Source: Malacoraja senta (taxonomy: Eukaryota). From it: a DNA stretch of 64,000 nt. The DNA lies in assembly GCA_038087875.1 (NCBI GenBank), contig CM075997.1:4776001-4840000 (forward strand). Direction: 5' to 3'. The notes under the pieces are model-generated. The model made no database searches, was not told where the DNA came from, and saw nothing but the letters and a program-made list of their open reading frames with translations. The position numbers and the translations under genes were made by a program. Below, one piece after another: positions 50,194-63,395 of this stretch. Numbering within the stretch: the first letter of the stretch is position 1; each line of letters begins with the position of its first letter.

Positions 50194-50769
50194 GTTGGAA
50201 CCCTTCATCAGACTGAAAGGGGGGAGGAGGGGGGGGCGGAACGAGGCCTGAACAGGTTTCAGATATAGGGAAGGGTCAAGGAAAGAGCGTTCATGTCGCG
50301 GGGGAGAGGAGGGGGGAGGGGGGGGGCGGTGGGGAGGAGAGGGGGGGGCGATGAGGGGGAAGGGGGGAATATCCGCCTGGAAAAATCTTTCCCCATACTT
50401 TTCGCCCTTTGTGTGTGTTAACCCAGAGTCGGCAGAGTGGGGAGAGAAAGGGAAGAGGGTAGGGGAGAGAGGAGGAGGAGAGGTGGGATGGGGAGAGTGG
50501 AAGAGGGGCGGGATGGGATGGGGGAGAAGGGTTGGGGGGGGGAAGGAGGAAAGGCCACCAAAGGCAGCTCCGTTTAAAACTCCAGGCTGAGGAAGGGAAA
50601 GCTTGGCTGCAGCTCGAGCGGCCCAGGCCAGGGGCGAGAGTGGCAGGTGTCAGGACATGATGGATGACTCCATTTCCCCACTCTCCCTCGCCTCCCGCCA
50701 CCCAGCCTCAGTCATCCATCATCTGTATCGCAGCCTCTGACAGGAGCAGAATACCCTGCGTTTGGGACG

Positions 50770-51185
50770 GGGGCGGGAGGGGAGAGATGGTGGGGGGGAG
50801 GGAGATGAGGGAGAGGAGGGGAGAGAGGAGGGAGGGGGAGGGGAGGGATGGAGATGGTGGGGGGAGGGGAGATGAATGAGGGGAGGGGAGAGAGGGATGG
50901 AGGGGGGATTGGTGGGGGGGAGGGAGAGAGGGGGGGGATGGGAGGGGGAGATGGTGGGGGGGGAGGGGAGATGAGGGAGAGGAGGGGAGAGAGGGGGAGG
51001 GGAGGGATGGAGATGGTGGGGGGAGGGGAGATGAATGAGGGGAGGGGAGAGAGGGAGGGAGGGGGAGGGGAGGGGGAGATGGTGGGGGGAGGGGAGATGA
51101 AGGGAGGGGAGGGGAGGGAGGGGGGAAATGGTGGGGGGAGGGGAGAGAGGGGGGAGGGGAGGGGGGAGATGGTGGGGGTGGGGAC
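50770..51185. repeat. Polypurine G-rich minisatellite
   Basis: Repeated ggagatggtggggggaggggagatga units, almost no C. Confidence 0.9.
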
Positions 51186-51399
51186 CACCAGGAGACACAC
51201 TGGTGAAAGAGCTGGATAAAGGCAACACTACCGCTGTGCCACTGTGCCGCCCTGTCAGGCTTTGAGGTGGAGACAGGTAACTATGTAAAAGATGGAGGAA
51301 GTGAGGATTTTGTCATGGAGTTTGAGGTCACCATAGATCAGCTACGATCATATTTGGATGGCACGAAATGAGCCGTGGGCGCTGGGCCTGTAAGCAATT

Positions 51400-51955
51400 G
51401 TGAGCAATTTTGGGCCCCATATCTGAGGAAGGATGTGCCGGCTCTGGAGAGGGTCCAGAGGTGGTTTACAAGATTGGTCCCAGGAATGAGTGGGTTAACC
51501 TATGATGAGCGTTTGTCGGCACTGGGCCTGTACTCGCTGGAGTTTAGAAGGATGAGGTGGGAACCTCACTGAAACGTACAGAATAGTGAAAGGCCTTGGA
51601 TAGAGTGGATGTGGAGAGGATGATTCCACTAGTGGGAGAGTCCTAGGACCAGAGGTCACAGCCTTAGAAATAAAGGACGTTTCTTTAGGAAGGAGATGAG
51701 GGAGGAATTTCTTTAGTCGGAGGGTGGTGAATCTGTGGAATTCTTTGCCACAGAAGGCTGTGGAGGCCAAGTCAGTGGATATTTTTAAGGCAGAGATAAA
51801 TAGATTCTTGATTAGTACTGGTGTCAGAGGTTATGGGGAGAAGGCAGGAGAATGGGGTTCGGGGAGAGATAGATCAGCCATGATTGAATGGTGGAGTAGA
51901 CTTGATGGGCTGAATGGCCTAATTATGTTCCTATCACTTATGAACTTATGAACTT
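51400..51955 (+). mobile_element. CR1-clade LINE 3' end
   Basis: Translates QFWAPYLRKDVPALERVQRWFTRLVPG. Confidence 0.88.
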
Positions 51956-51957
51956 TC

Positions 51958-52272
51958 TTTAGTTTAGTTTTACTTTTAGAGATACAGCGCGGAAACAGGC
52001 CCTTCGGCCCACCGAGTCCGCACCGACCAGCGATCCCCGCACACTAACACTATCCCACACACACTGGGGACAATTTATATTTACACCAAGCCAATTAACC
52101 TACAAACCTGTACGTCTTTGGAGTGTGGGAGGAAACCGGAGATCTCGGGAAAAACCCCACGCAGGTCACGGGGAGAACGTACAAACTCCGCACAGACAGC
52201 GCCCATAGTCGGGATCGAGCGCGGGTCTCTGGCGCTGTGGAGGCAGCAACTTTACCGCTGAGCCACCATGCC
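51958..52272 (-). mobile_element. HE1-like V-SINE, full length
   Basis: Reverse-complement match. Confidence 0.86.
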
Positions 52273-53149
52273 AAACACTCTCCTACACAGGAGGCACACC
52301 TCAACCAAATTTCTCTTGTGGGGATAGCGTTAGTGACTTCCGTAGCTGCATGGATCCAACCTGGGACCCAACATATATTGAGTCACAGTGATAATGTGTG
52401 GAAACAGGCCCTTCAGCCCAACTTGCCCACACTGGCCAACAATATCCCAGCTACACCAGTCCCACCTGCCTGCGCTTGGTCCATATCCCTCCAAACCCGT
52501 CCGATCCATGTACCTGTCTAAATGTTTCTTAAACGTTGGGATAGTCCCAGCCTCAACTACCTCCTCTGGCAGCTTGTTCCATACACCCACCACCCTTTGT
52601 GAGAAAATGTTAACCCTCGGGTTCCTATGAAGTCTTGCATCACCTCCCATTTCTCTGCCGAGCTTGTGTTGTCATGCAGTGTAAGAGTTGTTGTGGTCAG
52701 GGCCCAGGGGAGAGAGAGAGAAACCAGCGCAATAATCCCAAACCATTAAAGGAGACATGTTGCGGTGACATATGGGGCCTGAGCTACAGGGCGAGGTTGG
52801 GCCGGCTGAGACGTTACTCCCTGGAGCACAGGAGTCACCGACCCATACAGTGTGGAAACAGGCCCTTCGGCCCTCCTTGCCCAACACTGGCCAATATGTC
52901 CCAGCTACACCAGTCCCACCTGCCTGCATTTGGCCCATATCCCTCTCAACCTGTCCTATCCATGTACATGTCCAAATGTCTTTTAAACATTGTGATAGTC
53001 CCAGCCTCAACTACCTCCTCCATACACCCACCACCCTTTGTGTGAAAAAGGTTTGCCCCTCAGGTTCATATTAAATCATCGGCTTGAAGGGCCGAATGGC
53101 CTCCATCTGTATGGCTTGGATAGAGTGCAACATGCAATAGCTTTGTGTA

Positions 53150-53447
53150 GTTTAATTTAGAGAAGCAGCACGGAAACGGGCCCTTCGGCCCATCGAGGCC
53201 GCACCAACCATCACTCACCCGTTCACAGTTATATGTTGTCCCACTTTCTCATCCATTCACTACACACTGGGGACAATTCACAGAGAGGCCAATTAACCTA
53301 CAAGCCCGCACGTCTTTGAAATGTGGGAGGAAACCGGAGCACCCAGAGGAAACCCACGCGGTCACGGGTAGAACGTGCAAACTCCACACAGAGAGCACAC
53401 GTAGTCAGGATCGAACCGGGGTCTCTGGCGCTGTGAGGCAGCAGCTC
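53150..53447 (-). mobile_element. HE1-like V-SINE (diverged subfamily)
   Basis: Reverse-complement match. Confidence 0.8.
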
Positions 53448-53967
53448 TGAGGATCTGTTTTCGAAGAAGCACATATTTTTGGACAAGGCATCTTGAACGA
53501 GGCACCCCCATGCTCCCTAGATGTGCCTCTGTTCCCCTCCCGTTTGCCATCTGCCTGCCCCAGGGCAACACTTACACCTACGACCCTACAATGAGCTTGC
53601 CCACACAGAGCATCGCTGGTGTTAGTGGGATCGCACTGTGCACTTTCACCCACACTCTCCCCCCCCCCGTCACCACTTCAGCTGCCGCCCCTTCGGCCAC
53701 TGAGCCCGCGGCAGTAGTGCCGGGGTGGGGACAAAAGCAATCTCGCTCCTACATTGATTTTGTTCCGAGTCGATTTCTTTTCTCTCCCGCGGCCTGTGCT
53801 GAATTAGTGCCTGGCTCAGATCGATCTCAGTGAGGGAGCGTTGTGTGGGAGGTGAAAAACTAGCACAGGCTTTGCCTCTCTCTGGGGGCAACGTGTTTTA
53901 AAGGGGCAATGCCCACCTGGCTGGCAAATGCCACCTTCAATTAGTTTGTTTACAGCGTTTGATTTTA

Positions 53968-54492
<525 letters not shown>

Positions 54493-55695
54493 CTGAACTT
54501 TTGTCTCTCTCGTGTATTATACTGTTTACAGTGTACTATGTTTACATATTGTGTTGTGCTGCTGCAAGAAAGAATATCATTGTTCTATCTGGGACATAGA
54601 ATAATAAAACATTTTTAATTTCACCCACTCATTCCTCAGAGTATTTCTTCCCTGTCTTCAAGTCTTGTGTTGAGAGGGTGTTTAGTTTAGAGATACAGTG
54701 TGCAAACAGGCCCTTCAGCCCATTGAACCCATGCCGACCAGCGATCACCTTTAGGTTTGCTGCCCGGATTAGAGGTTATAGCTACCAGGATAGGTTGGAC
54801 AGACTTGTATTGTTTTCTCTGGAATGCCAGAGGTTGAGGGGAGAGCTGACAGAAGTAGTTAAGGCAAAAGTGAACAACTTCAAAAAGATTTTTAGTTTAG
54901 TTCGGAGTACAGCGTGGAAACTGGCCCTTCGGCCCACCGAGTCCGTGCCGACCAGCAATCACCCCTAGACTAGTTCTATCCTACACACTAGGGACAATTT
55001 ACAGAAGGTAATTAATCTACAAACCCGCACGTCTTTGGAGTGTGGGAGGAAACCCGAGTACACATGGAAAACCCACGCGGTTTCAGGGAGAACGTGCAAA
55101 CTCCACGCAGGCAGCACTGGAGATCAGGATCAAACCCGGGTTGGTTCTGGGAGGCAGCAGCTCCACCCGCAGCTCATCCCAATGATCCAGAGACAAGTGT
55201 TTCAAGGTACCCCATTCTAACACAGGCATTTAGACTCAGCGATCAGGCAGCATCTCTGGAGAGAAGGAATGGGAATGAAACCCTTCTCCAGACTCTCATG
55301 ATGTAGAAACAGGGAACTGCAGATGCTGTATAATACACAAAGTGCCGCATTAACTCAGCGGGTCAGGCAGCATCTCTGGAGAACATGGATGGGTGACGTT
55401 TCAGGTCGAGACCCTTCTTCAGACTGAGTGTTGGGGAGGGGGGGAGTGAGAAGAAAGTTGGAAAAGGGAGAGAAGCTGGGGAAAGCATGGCAGATAATAG
55501 GTCGACATGCGTATAGATTGGAAAGAAGACGGAATCACAGAGGAGGAGTAGTGAGAGAGAGAGAGAGTCTCGCAAAACTCCCATCGGAGAGAGGAGGAGA
55601 ACTTCTTCAAAGTAGGCTACCTTGAGGATATTTCACAGTGGAGCAGACAAAACATAGAAACAAAGAACTACAAATACTAGTTAATACACGAAGAG

Positions 55696-56919
55696 CAGGG
55701 CCGGATTTAGATGAAGAGAGGCCCTAAGCTATTTCCACTTGTGAGGCCCCCCCCCTCCCAATCCCCCACCCCCACGACTAGAGGACCATCACTACCCGAC
55801 AGTGTCAGTGTGACACTTTTAGATCCTACTGTATGTTGTCATTAAACAGTTGGTTTTAAAATACATATTGGATTCACCGCGGAGCGGGCGATGCCTTGCC
55901 TGGATCGCTGTTTGAAGCTCCGGAGTGTTGGGACTGCTGCTTCAACATCATGGAGCTGTGGTTTGCGGAGCTCCCAGCCTCGGGCCGCGCTGATTTCAAC
56001 ATCGCGGAGCCCTGGGATTCCTTTGCCGTGGGCCGCCGGCGTGAATCTCCGCCCAGCTCAGCCCGTGGTCTCCGGTAGGAAGTGGCCGATTCGGAAGTGC
56101 AAGCCGCTGAGGGTGTTCTTCCGTTGGGACGCCGGAGTTCCATCATCCCGGCAAGAGGGCCTGAGCATCGGGCCGCCCATAGCGGTGATGGCGGGGGGCT
56201 CGAGAGGAGGGGGTCCGTTGGAGATGGGAAAAGGGATCATTAAAGGGGGGGGGCGAGGACTCCTCCCCATGGAAGAACGCTGTGAGGCGGAGGCGACGGA
56301 AGAAGAGCTACAAATCATTGAGGTGGGGACGGAGGGGGACAAAGGTGAGGCTACTGCTGAGGACAAACCGTTCGGTATCTGAGGGGGGGAGGTCAGGGGG
56401 GATGGTGAACACACGGCAGGGATGGGGGTTGGGGCTGGAGGAAGGCAGGTGAGTAGACTGAGGCCGAGGCGATGTCTGGTGGGGGGGTGGTGGGTGGTCA
56501 GGGGGGAGGGGGGTATGAGGACTGTAGTGTGGGTGGGGAAGAGCTGGGGTCACATGGTTCGAGGGGGAAGGGGAAGACCCAGTGGAACAGCCACTGAGGT
56601 ACCAGGGTTGGGGGGGACTAGCACTGGGGACCCAGCGCAGTCAAACCCAGGGATTGGGAGTCTGCAGCGTAGAAACTTCAGGCCCGGTGCTGAGTCCAGG
56701 TTGCAGATAAGGCGACGGCTGCGGTCTGCTGGAGGGCGGTGGAGTGGCCAGGGTCGGTGGAGTCGATGGTAAAAGACAGCGGGGAGTGCCACTGATGGTA
56801 GGTTTGTAGCAACGCCACTATGTCAAAAGTTTTATACGCAAGGCTGAGCCCCCCCCCCCCCCCTAGATCTCGAGGCCCTAAGCTTAAGCTTGTGAAGCTT
56901 ATACGTAAATCCGGCCCTG
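55696..56919. mobile_element. hAT-type non-autonomous element, long form with internal cargo
   Basis: Perfect 14-bp TIR cagggccggattta; 8-bp near-TSD acgaagag/acgaaaag; ends match 50020-50193 in the opposite orientation. Confidence 0.85.
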
Positions 56920-56975
56920 ACGAAAAGACACAAAGTGCTGGAGTAACTCAGCAGATCTTTTGATTTGGCCAATTT

Positions 56976-57280
56976 GGGCAGCATGGTGGCGCAGCGGTAG
57001 AGTAGCTGCCTCACAGCGCCAAAGATCTGGTTATGATCCTGACTACGGGTGCTGACTGTATGGAGTTTGCACGTTCTCCCCGTGACCTGCGTGGGTTTCC
57101 TCCGGGTGCTCTGGTCCCTCCCACACTCCAAAGATGTACAGGTTTGCAGGTTAATTGGCTTCGGTACATTGTAGGTCATCCCTGGTGTGTGTGTGTGTGA
57201 TAGTCTACGGGGTGATCGCCGATCCGTGCAGGCTTGGTGGGCTGAAGGGCCTGTTTCAATGCTGTATCTCTAAAGTCTAA
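56976..57280 (+). mobile_element. HE1-like V-SINE
   Basis: Head, V-domain and tail. Confidence 0.82.
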
Positions 57281-57414
57281 ATCAATTAATCATATTATCC
57301 ACTAGAGCCAAACACATTGGTAATGACTCATTCTGGGGTAGGATCGTTAATCAGAACGCAGTTGGAATTTACACAAACTGCAATGCCTCAGAATCGATCC
57401 CGGATTAACTGCCT

Positions 57415-57745
57415 TTTTACACAAATACTTTATTCAAAAAACAAAATCAACATACAAAGTAGTATATCGTTCATATCAAAAACTGCTTGTATCGGCAGTT
57501 TACAAACATAGACAAAGAATTCAAATTAAAATCCCGCCATCCTTATCTATAATACAATCGACCTCCCGCGGTGACCAGCGTTCACGGAAGGCCTCCAGAG
57601 TCCCTGTGGACACCGCGTGTTCCCTCTCCAGGGACATGCGGGCACGGACGTAACCCCGGGAAAAGGGGCAGGCAGCCTGGACCCGCGAATGGCCATCTTG
57701 GCCAGGCCCAGGAGCAGACCGTCAGGGAGACCCCCTCCTCCCGCC
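57415..57745 (-). mobile_element. Tx1-type LINE 3' end, related to 137-686
   Basis: Translates GLLLGLAKMAI; shares cggacgtaacccc...gaaaagggg with the first copy. Confidence 0.72.
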
Positions 57746-57769
57746 CGGATCAACTGCTTGGGAGGCAGC

Positions 57770-58275
57770 AACACTCACCAACAACTCTCACAAACTTCTA
57801 CAGATGCGCCGTTGAAAGCATTTTGTCGGGATACATCACGGCAACGTTTTGGGAACAGCTCCATCCAAGACCGCAGGAAACTGCAGCAAACTGTGGCCGC
57901 AGCCCAGACCATCACACAAACCAACCTCCCTTCCATTGACTCCATCTACACCTCATGCTGCCTCGGCAAGGCCAGCAGCATCATCAAGGACCAGTCGCAC
58001 CCCGGCCACTCCCTCTTCTCCCCTCTCCCATTGGCCAAAAGGTACAGAAGTGTGAAAACGCACACCTCCAGATTTAGAGACAGTTTCTTCCCAGCTGTTA
58101 TATGGCAACTGAACCATCCTACCGCAACCAGAGAGCAGTCCTGAACTACTATCAGGCTATCCTTGATCGGAATTTACTGACTTTACCTTGCACTAAACAT
58201 TATTCCCTTATCCTGTATTGTCTTTTAGATGACTGGATAGCATGCAACTAAAAACTTTTCACTGTACCTTGGTAC
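57770..58275 (+). mobile_element. Rex1/Babar-clade LINE 3' end
   Basis: Translates TLTNFYRCAVESILSGYIT (DUF1891-like) and then the HPGHSLF...SFFPAVI end. Confidence 0.82.
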
Positions 58276-58448
58276 CCCGAAGGAATGGTCAAACTAATGG
58301 CAGCATCCCTCCCGGGGCAATGCCTCAGTATTAATGGTGAATCTGTGGAATTGATTGCACAGTTGGCTGTGGAGGCCAAAGATATTGGGTATTGGGTAGC
58401 GGAGATTGATAGGTTGATTAGGAAGGGTGTCAAAGGTTCCTTCTCTCC

Positions 58449-58648
58449 NNNNNNNNNNNNNNNNNNNNNNNNNNNNNNNNNNNNNNNNNNNNNNNNNNNN
58501 NNNNNNNNNNNNNNNNNNNNNNNNNNNNNNNNNNNNNNNNNNNNNNNNNNNNNNNNNNNNNNNNNNNNNNNNNNNNNNNNNNNNNNNNNNNNNNNNNNNN
58601 NNNNNNNNNNNNNNNNNNNNNNNNNNNNNNNNNNNNNNNNNNNNNNNN
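58449..58648. other. Assembly gap (200 N)
   Basis: Run of n; the round length suggests a placeholder of unknown true size. Confidence 0.99.
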
Positions 58649-58792
58649 TGTGAGTGAGTGTGTGTGTGGTGTGTGTGTGTGTGAGTGTGTGTGAGTGTGT
58701 GTGTTGTGTGGGTGTGTGTGGTGTGTGGTGAGGGTGTGTGTGTGTGTGAGAGTGTGTGTGAGTGGTGTGTGGTGTGTGTGTGTGTGTGTGTG

Positions 58793-58829
<37 letters not shown>

Positions 58830-58864
58830 TGTGTGTGTGTGTGTGAGTGTGTGTGTGTGTGTGT

Positions 58865-58957
<93 letters not shown>

Positions 58958-58985
58958 TGTGGTGTGAGTGTGTGTGTGTGTGTGT

Positions 58986-59024
<39 letters not shown>

Positions 59025-59076
59025 TGTGGTGTGTTGTGTGTGTGTGTGTGTGTGTGTGTGTGAGTGTGTGTGTGTG

Positions 59077-59108
<32 letters not shown>

Positions 59109-59229
59109 GTGGTGAGTGTGTGTGTGTGTGAGTGTGTGTGTATATGTGTGTGTGGTGTGAGTGAGTGTGTGTGAGTGTGAGTGTGAGTGTGTGTGTGTGT
59201 GTGTGAGTGTGTGTGTGAGTGTGTGTGTG

Positions 59230-59298
<69 letters not shown>
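58649..59298. repeat. (GT)n microsatellite adjoining the gap
   Basis: ~650 bp of GT with GA interruptions. Confidence 0.97.
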
Positions 59299-59300
<2 letters not shown>

Positions 59301-60279
59301 TTGTGAACCGCAGCACCGTTCACCCCGGCCCGCGTTGTGTACATGTCCAGGGAACTGGGGAGGAGAAGAGTGGAGGGGGGGAGAGGGGGAGGGGGGGAGA
59401 GACAGTCAGTGAGGGAGGTAGAGGTGTCGGGGGGGAGTGGGTGATGGGGTGCGCAGGGGAGGGAGAGGGGAAGAGAGGGAGGCTGAGCGGAGGGAGGGGC
59501 AGAGAAGCGAGAAGGAGGTAGAGGAGGGAGTGGGTGTGCAGAGGGAGAGGGGGGCAGAGGAAGGAGTGGGGGGGGGTGAGAAGAGAGAGGGAGAAGGGAA
59601 GAGAGGGGACATGCAGTAAGAGGTGGGGGTTTGGTGGGGGGGGGAGAGAGAATCTCCTCCTCTCAGTCTCTGCAGGAGGCTGCTGCTCACTTCTACAATA
59701 CAAACTCTCTCTGGTGAAGTAAATAACTTTCCCCCCTCATCTTAATTCACTGCAAAATCAGACACGGTCTGTCCGACTTTGTCCCTTTCTGCCAACACTT
59801 AAAATTATTGCAGGAAACATCTCAACTAAAACACCGAATATTTTATTTAACCACCCCCCCCCCACCCCACTTCTTGTTTTGTTTAAAATTATACATTACG
59901 TTGAAGTACACCAATCAACTGTAAAGAGTCATAGATTGATACAATGTGGAAACTGGCCCTTCAGCCCAACTTGCCCCCACCGACCAACATGTCCCATTCA
60001 CACTAGTCCCACCTGGCCCATATCCCTCAAAACCTGTCCTAGCCATGTACCTGTCTAAACATTTCTTGAATGCTATGATAGTCCCAGCCTCAACTACCTC
60101 CTCCGGCAGCTCGTTCCATGCACCCACCACCCTGCTGCCTGAAAAAGTTACCCCTCGGATCCATATAAAATCTCTCCCCCCTCACCTTAAACCTATGTCC
60201 TCTGGTTCTCTAGTCAGACAGCTGCCTCCCGCTGGTTTGCTCGTGGCTGGATTAACATTTGCAAACTGAGCTGCAGAAA

Positions 60280-60563
60280 GGTGGCACGGTGGCACAGCAG
60301 TAGAGTTGCTGCCTCACAGCGCCAGAGACCCAGGTTCGATCCCGACTATGGGTGCTGACTGTGCGGAGTTTGCACGTTCTCCCCGTGACCTGTGTGGGTT
60401 TTCTCCGAGATCTTTGGTTTTCTCCCACACTCCAAAGACGTACAGGTTTGTAGGTTAATTGGCTTGGTGTAAATGTAAATTGGCCCAAGTGTGTGTTGGA
60501 TAGTGTTAGTGTGCGGGGATCGCTGGTCGGCGCGGACCCGGTGGGCCGAAGGGCCTGTTTCCA
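60280..60563 (+). mobile_element. HE1-like V-SINE
   Basis: Head, V-domain and tail start. Confidence 0.86.
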
Positions 60564-60811
60564 ATCCCTTAAGAATTGTATATGTTTCTATAAGACCCTC
60601 TTCTCATCCTTCTAAATTCCAGTGAGTACAAGACCAGTCAACTCATTCTTTCATTATGCCCAGGTTTCCATTGGATCTAGGCAAGCCACTTCCCTCCAGG
60701 CCAAGTTCACCAATGGCGCCTTGATGTTAGATCTTGACTCCATCCCTTGTTTGGGACCGTGTTTCAAATTCCATCTGATGAGGATACATCACTTCTTGTT
60801 GCCCCCTTTCC

Positions 60812-61125
60812 CCACCTTCTTCCCTCTCCCATCAGAAGTGTGAAAACGCACACCTCCCAGATTCAGGGACAGTTTCTTCCCAGCTGTTTATCAGGCAACT
60901 GAACCATCCTACCACAACCAGAGAGTGGTCCTGAACTACTATCTACCTCATTGGTGACCCTCGGACTATCTTCAATTGGACTTTTCTGGACATTTATCTT
61001 CCACTAAAGGTTATTCCTTTCATCCTGTTTCTGTACACAGTGGACGGCTCGATTGTAATCGTTCTGCTGCCTGGTCAGCACACAACTAAAACCTTTTCAC
61101 TGTACGTCGGGATGCATGACAATAA
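60812..61125 (+). mobile_element. Rex1/Babar-clade LINE 3' end
   Basis: cacacctcccagattcagggacagtttcttcccagctg...tgacaataaa. Confidence 0.8.
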
Positions 61126-61721
61126 ACTAAACTAAACTAAGCTAAGCTCAACTAAACTAAACTTAACTTAACTTAACTAAGCTAAACTTAACTAAGCTAA
61201 ACTTAACTAAACTAAACTAAACTAAACTAAGCTAAACTTAACTTAACTTAACAAAGCTAAACTTAACTAAGCTAAACTTAACTAAACTTAACTAAACTAA
61301 ACTAAACTAAACTAAACTTAACTTAACTTAACTAAGCTAAACTTAACTAAGCTAAACTAAACTAAACTAAGCTAACTAAACTAACTTAACTATAACTAAG
61401 CTAAACTTAACTAAGCTAAACTTAACTAAACTAAACTTAACTAAACTAAACTAAACTTAACTTAACTAAGCTAAACATAACTAAGCTAAACTTAACTAAA
61501 CTAAACTTAACTAAACTAACTAAACTAAGCTAAACTTAACTTAACTTAAACAAAGCTAAACTTAACTAAGCTAAACTTAACTAAACTTAACTAAACTAAA
61601 CTAAGCTAAACTTAACTTAACTTAACTAAGCTAAACTTAACTAAGCTAAACTAAACTAAACTAAGCTAAACTAAACTTAACTTAACTGAACTAAACTAAA
61701 CTAAATTAAATTAAATTAAAC
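61123..61721. repeat. Pentamer satellite (ctaaa/cttaa/ctaag)n
   Basis: ~600-bp expansion directly following the Rex1 AATAAA. Confidence 0.95.
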
Positions 61722-63069
61722 AATAGCTCCACATAAGACCATAAGTAAATTGGGCAGATTGTGGATGTGGCACAGACCTTCACACAGGCCTATAGTTTCC
61801 TTCTCCACTTTATGCTGCTTTGAGAACATTATCAAGGACACTTTTTTTTAGCGGAAACATAGAACTGCAGATGCTGGTTTAACCAAAGATAGACACAAAG
61901 TGCTGGAGTAATTCAGCTGGTCAGGCAGCATCTCTGGAGAAAAAGGATGGGTGAACGGTTTCAGGTCGGGAGCCTTGTTCAGACGGACTACTACTATTCA
62001 TCTACTACTTACACCCTGGTCATTCCCACTCCTCCCCTTTCCCATCAGGCAGAAGATACAAAAACTTGAAAGCACGCACCACAGGATTCAGGAATAGTTT
62101 CTTCCCTGCTGTTATCAGACTATTGAATGTCTTCCCATAAAATCAGTTTTAATCCTGATCTTCCAACCTGCCTCATTCCAGATCTTGCGCTTTTTTATCT
62201 GCACTTTCTGTGTAACCGTACACTTTCATGCTGTAACACTATATTATGATCAGTCTGAGGTAGGGTCTCGGCTCAAAGCGTCACCCATTCTTTCTCTCCA
62301 GAGATGCTGCCAGTCCCGCTGAATTACTCCAGCATTTTGTGTCTGTCTTCGATTCAAACCAGCATCTGCAGTTTCTTCCTACACTAGATTCTGCACTTGA
62401 CATGGATGACCTGCCCTATGACAAATGTGGACAATTTAACAGACGGCACCTCCAACAGTGCGCCATTCACATCCTGCACAGCTCGAGCAGTTTTTGTGGT
62501 CGACCCTCTGAGAGGCTGTCTAATTCACTGCCTTCAAATCCCTTTGCAAAACATCCAATTGCTTCACATCTGAAGGGATCTCGCCTCCGAGTTAAGTTCA
62601 CCAACAAGTCCCTAAAAGCCTTAGAAAGAATCTTCATCAGTCAGAGTATTGAGTATAGAAACGAAGGAAGGAACTGCAGATGCTGGTTTAAATTGAAGAT
62701 AGACACAAAATGCTGGAGTAACTCAGCGGGACAGGCAGCATACTGAACTTTGAAACATCATGAAGAAGGGTCTTGACGCGAAACATCACCCATTCCTTCT
62801 CTCCAGAGATGCTGCCTGTCGTGCTGAGTTAGTCCAGCATTTTGTGTCTACCTTTTTTTCTCAGTTATTATATTATTTACAGAGTACCATGTTGACATAT
62901 TCTGTTGTGCTGCTGCAAGTAAGAATTTCGTGCTTCTACCTGGGACATATGACAATAAAACTCTTTTGACTCTTTGATTCTCCAGATTCGAGCCCTTTCT
63001 TCATAGGCAGGGGTCCATAACACAAGCCAACGATGCATTATTGAGAGGGTGTAGAACTATCACATGGCA

Positions 63070-63395
63070 TAGATAGAGTGGATGTGGAGAGGATGTTTCC
63101 ACTGGTGGGAGAGTCTAGGACCAGAGGTCACAGCCTCAGAATTAAAGGATGCTCTTCTAGAAAGGAGGTGAGGAGGAACTTCTTTAGTCAGAGGGTGGAA
63201 CTCATTGCCACAGAGGGCTGTGGAGGCCATGTCAGTGGATATTTTTAAGGCAGAGATAGACAAATTCTTGATTAGAACGGGCGTCAAGGGTTATGGGGAG
63301 AAGGCAGGAAAATGGGATTAGGAGGCAGAGATCAGCCATGGTTGAATGGTGGAGTGGACTCGATGGGCCGAATGGCCTAATTCTACCCCTGAACT
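63070..63395 (+). mobile_element. CR1-clade LINE 3' end
   Basis: gatagagtggatgtggagaggatgtttccac motif shared with other copies. Confidence 0.82.

Noticed and set aside
50657..50722. pre-miRNA hairpin
   Set aside because: Stem is only 13-15 bp with a 40-nt unpaired loop, unlike Drosha substrates.
50712..51228. Proline-rich ORFs
   Set aside because: Translations of the G-rich minisatellite.
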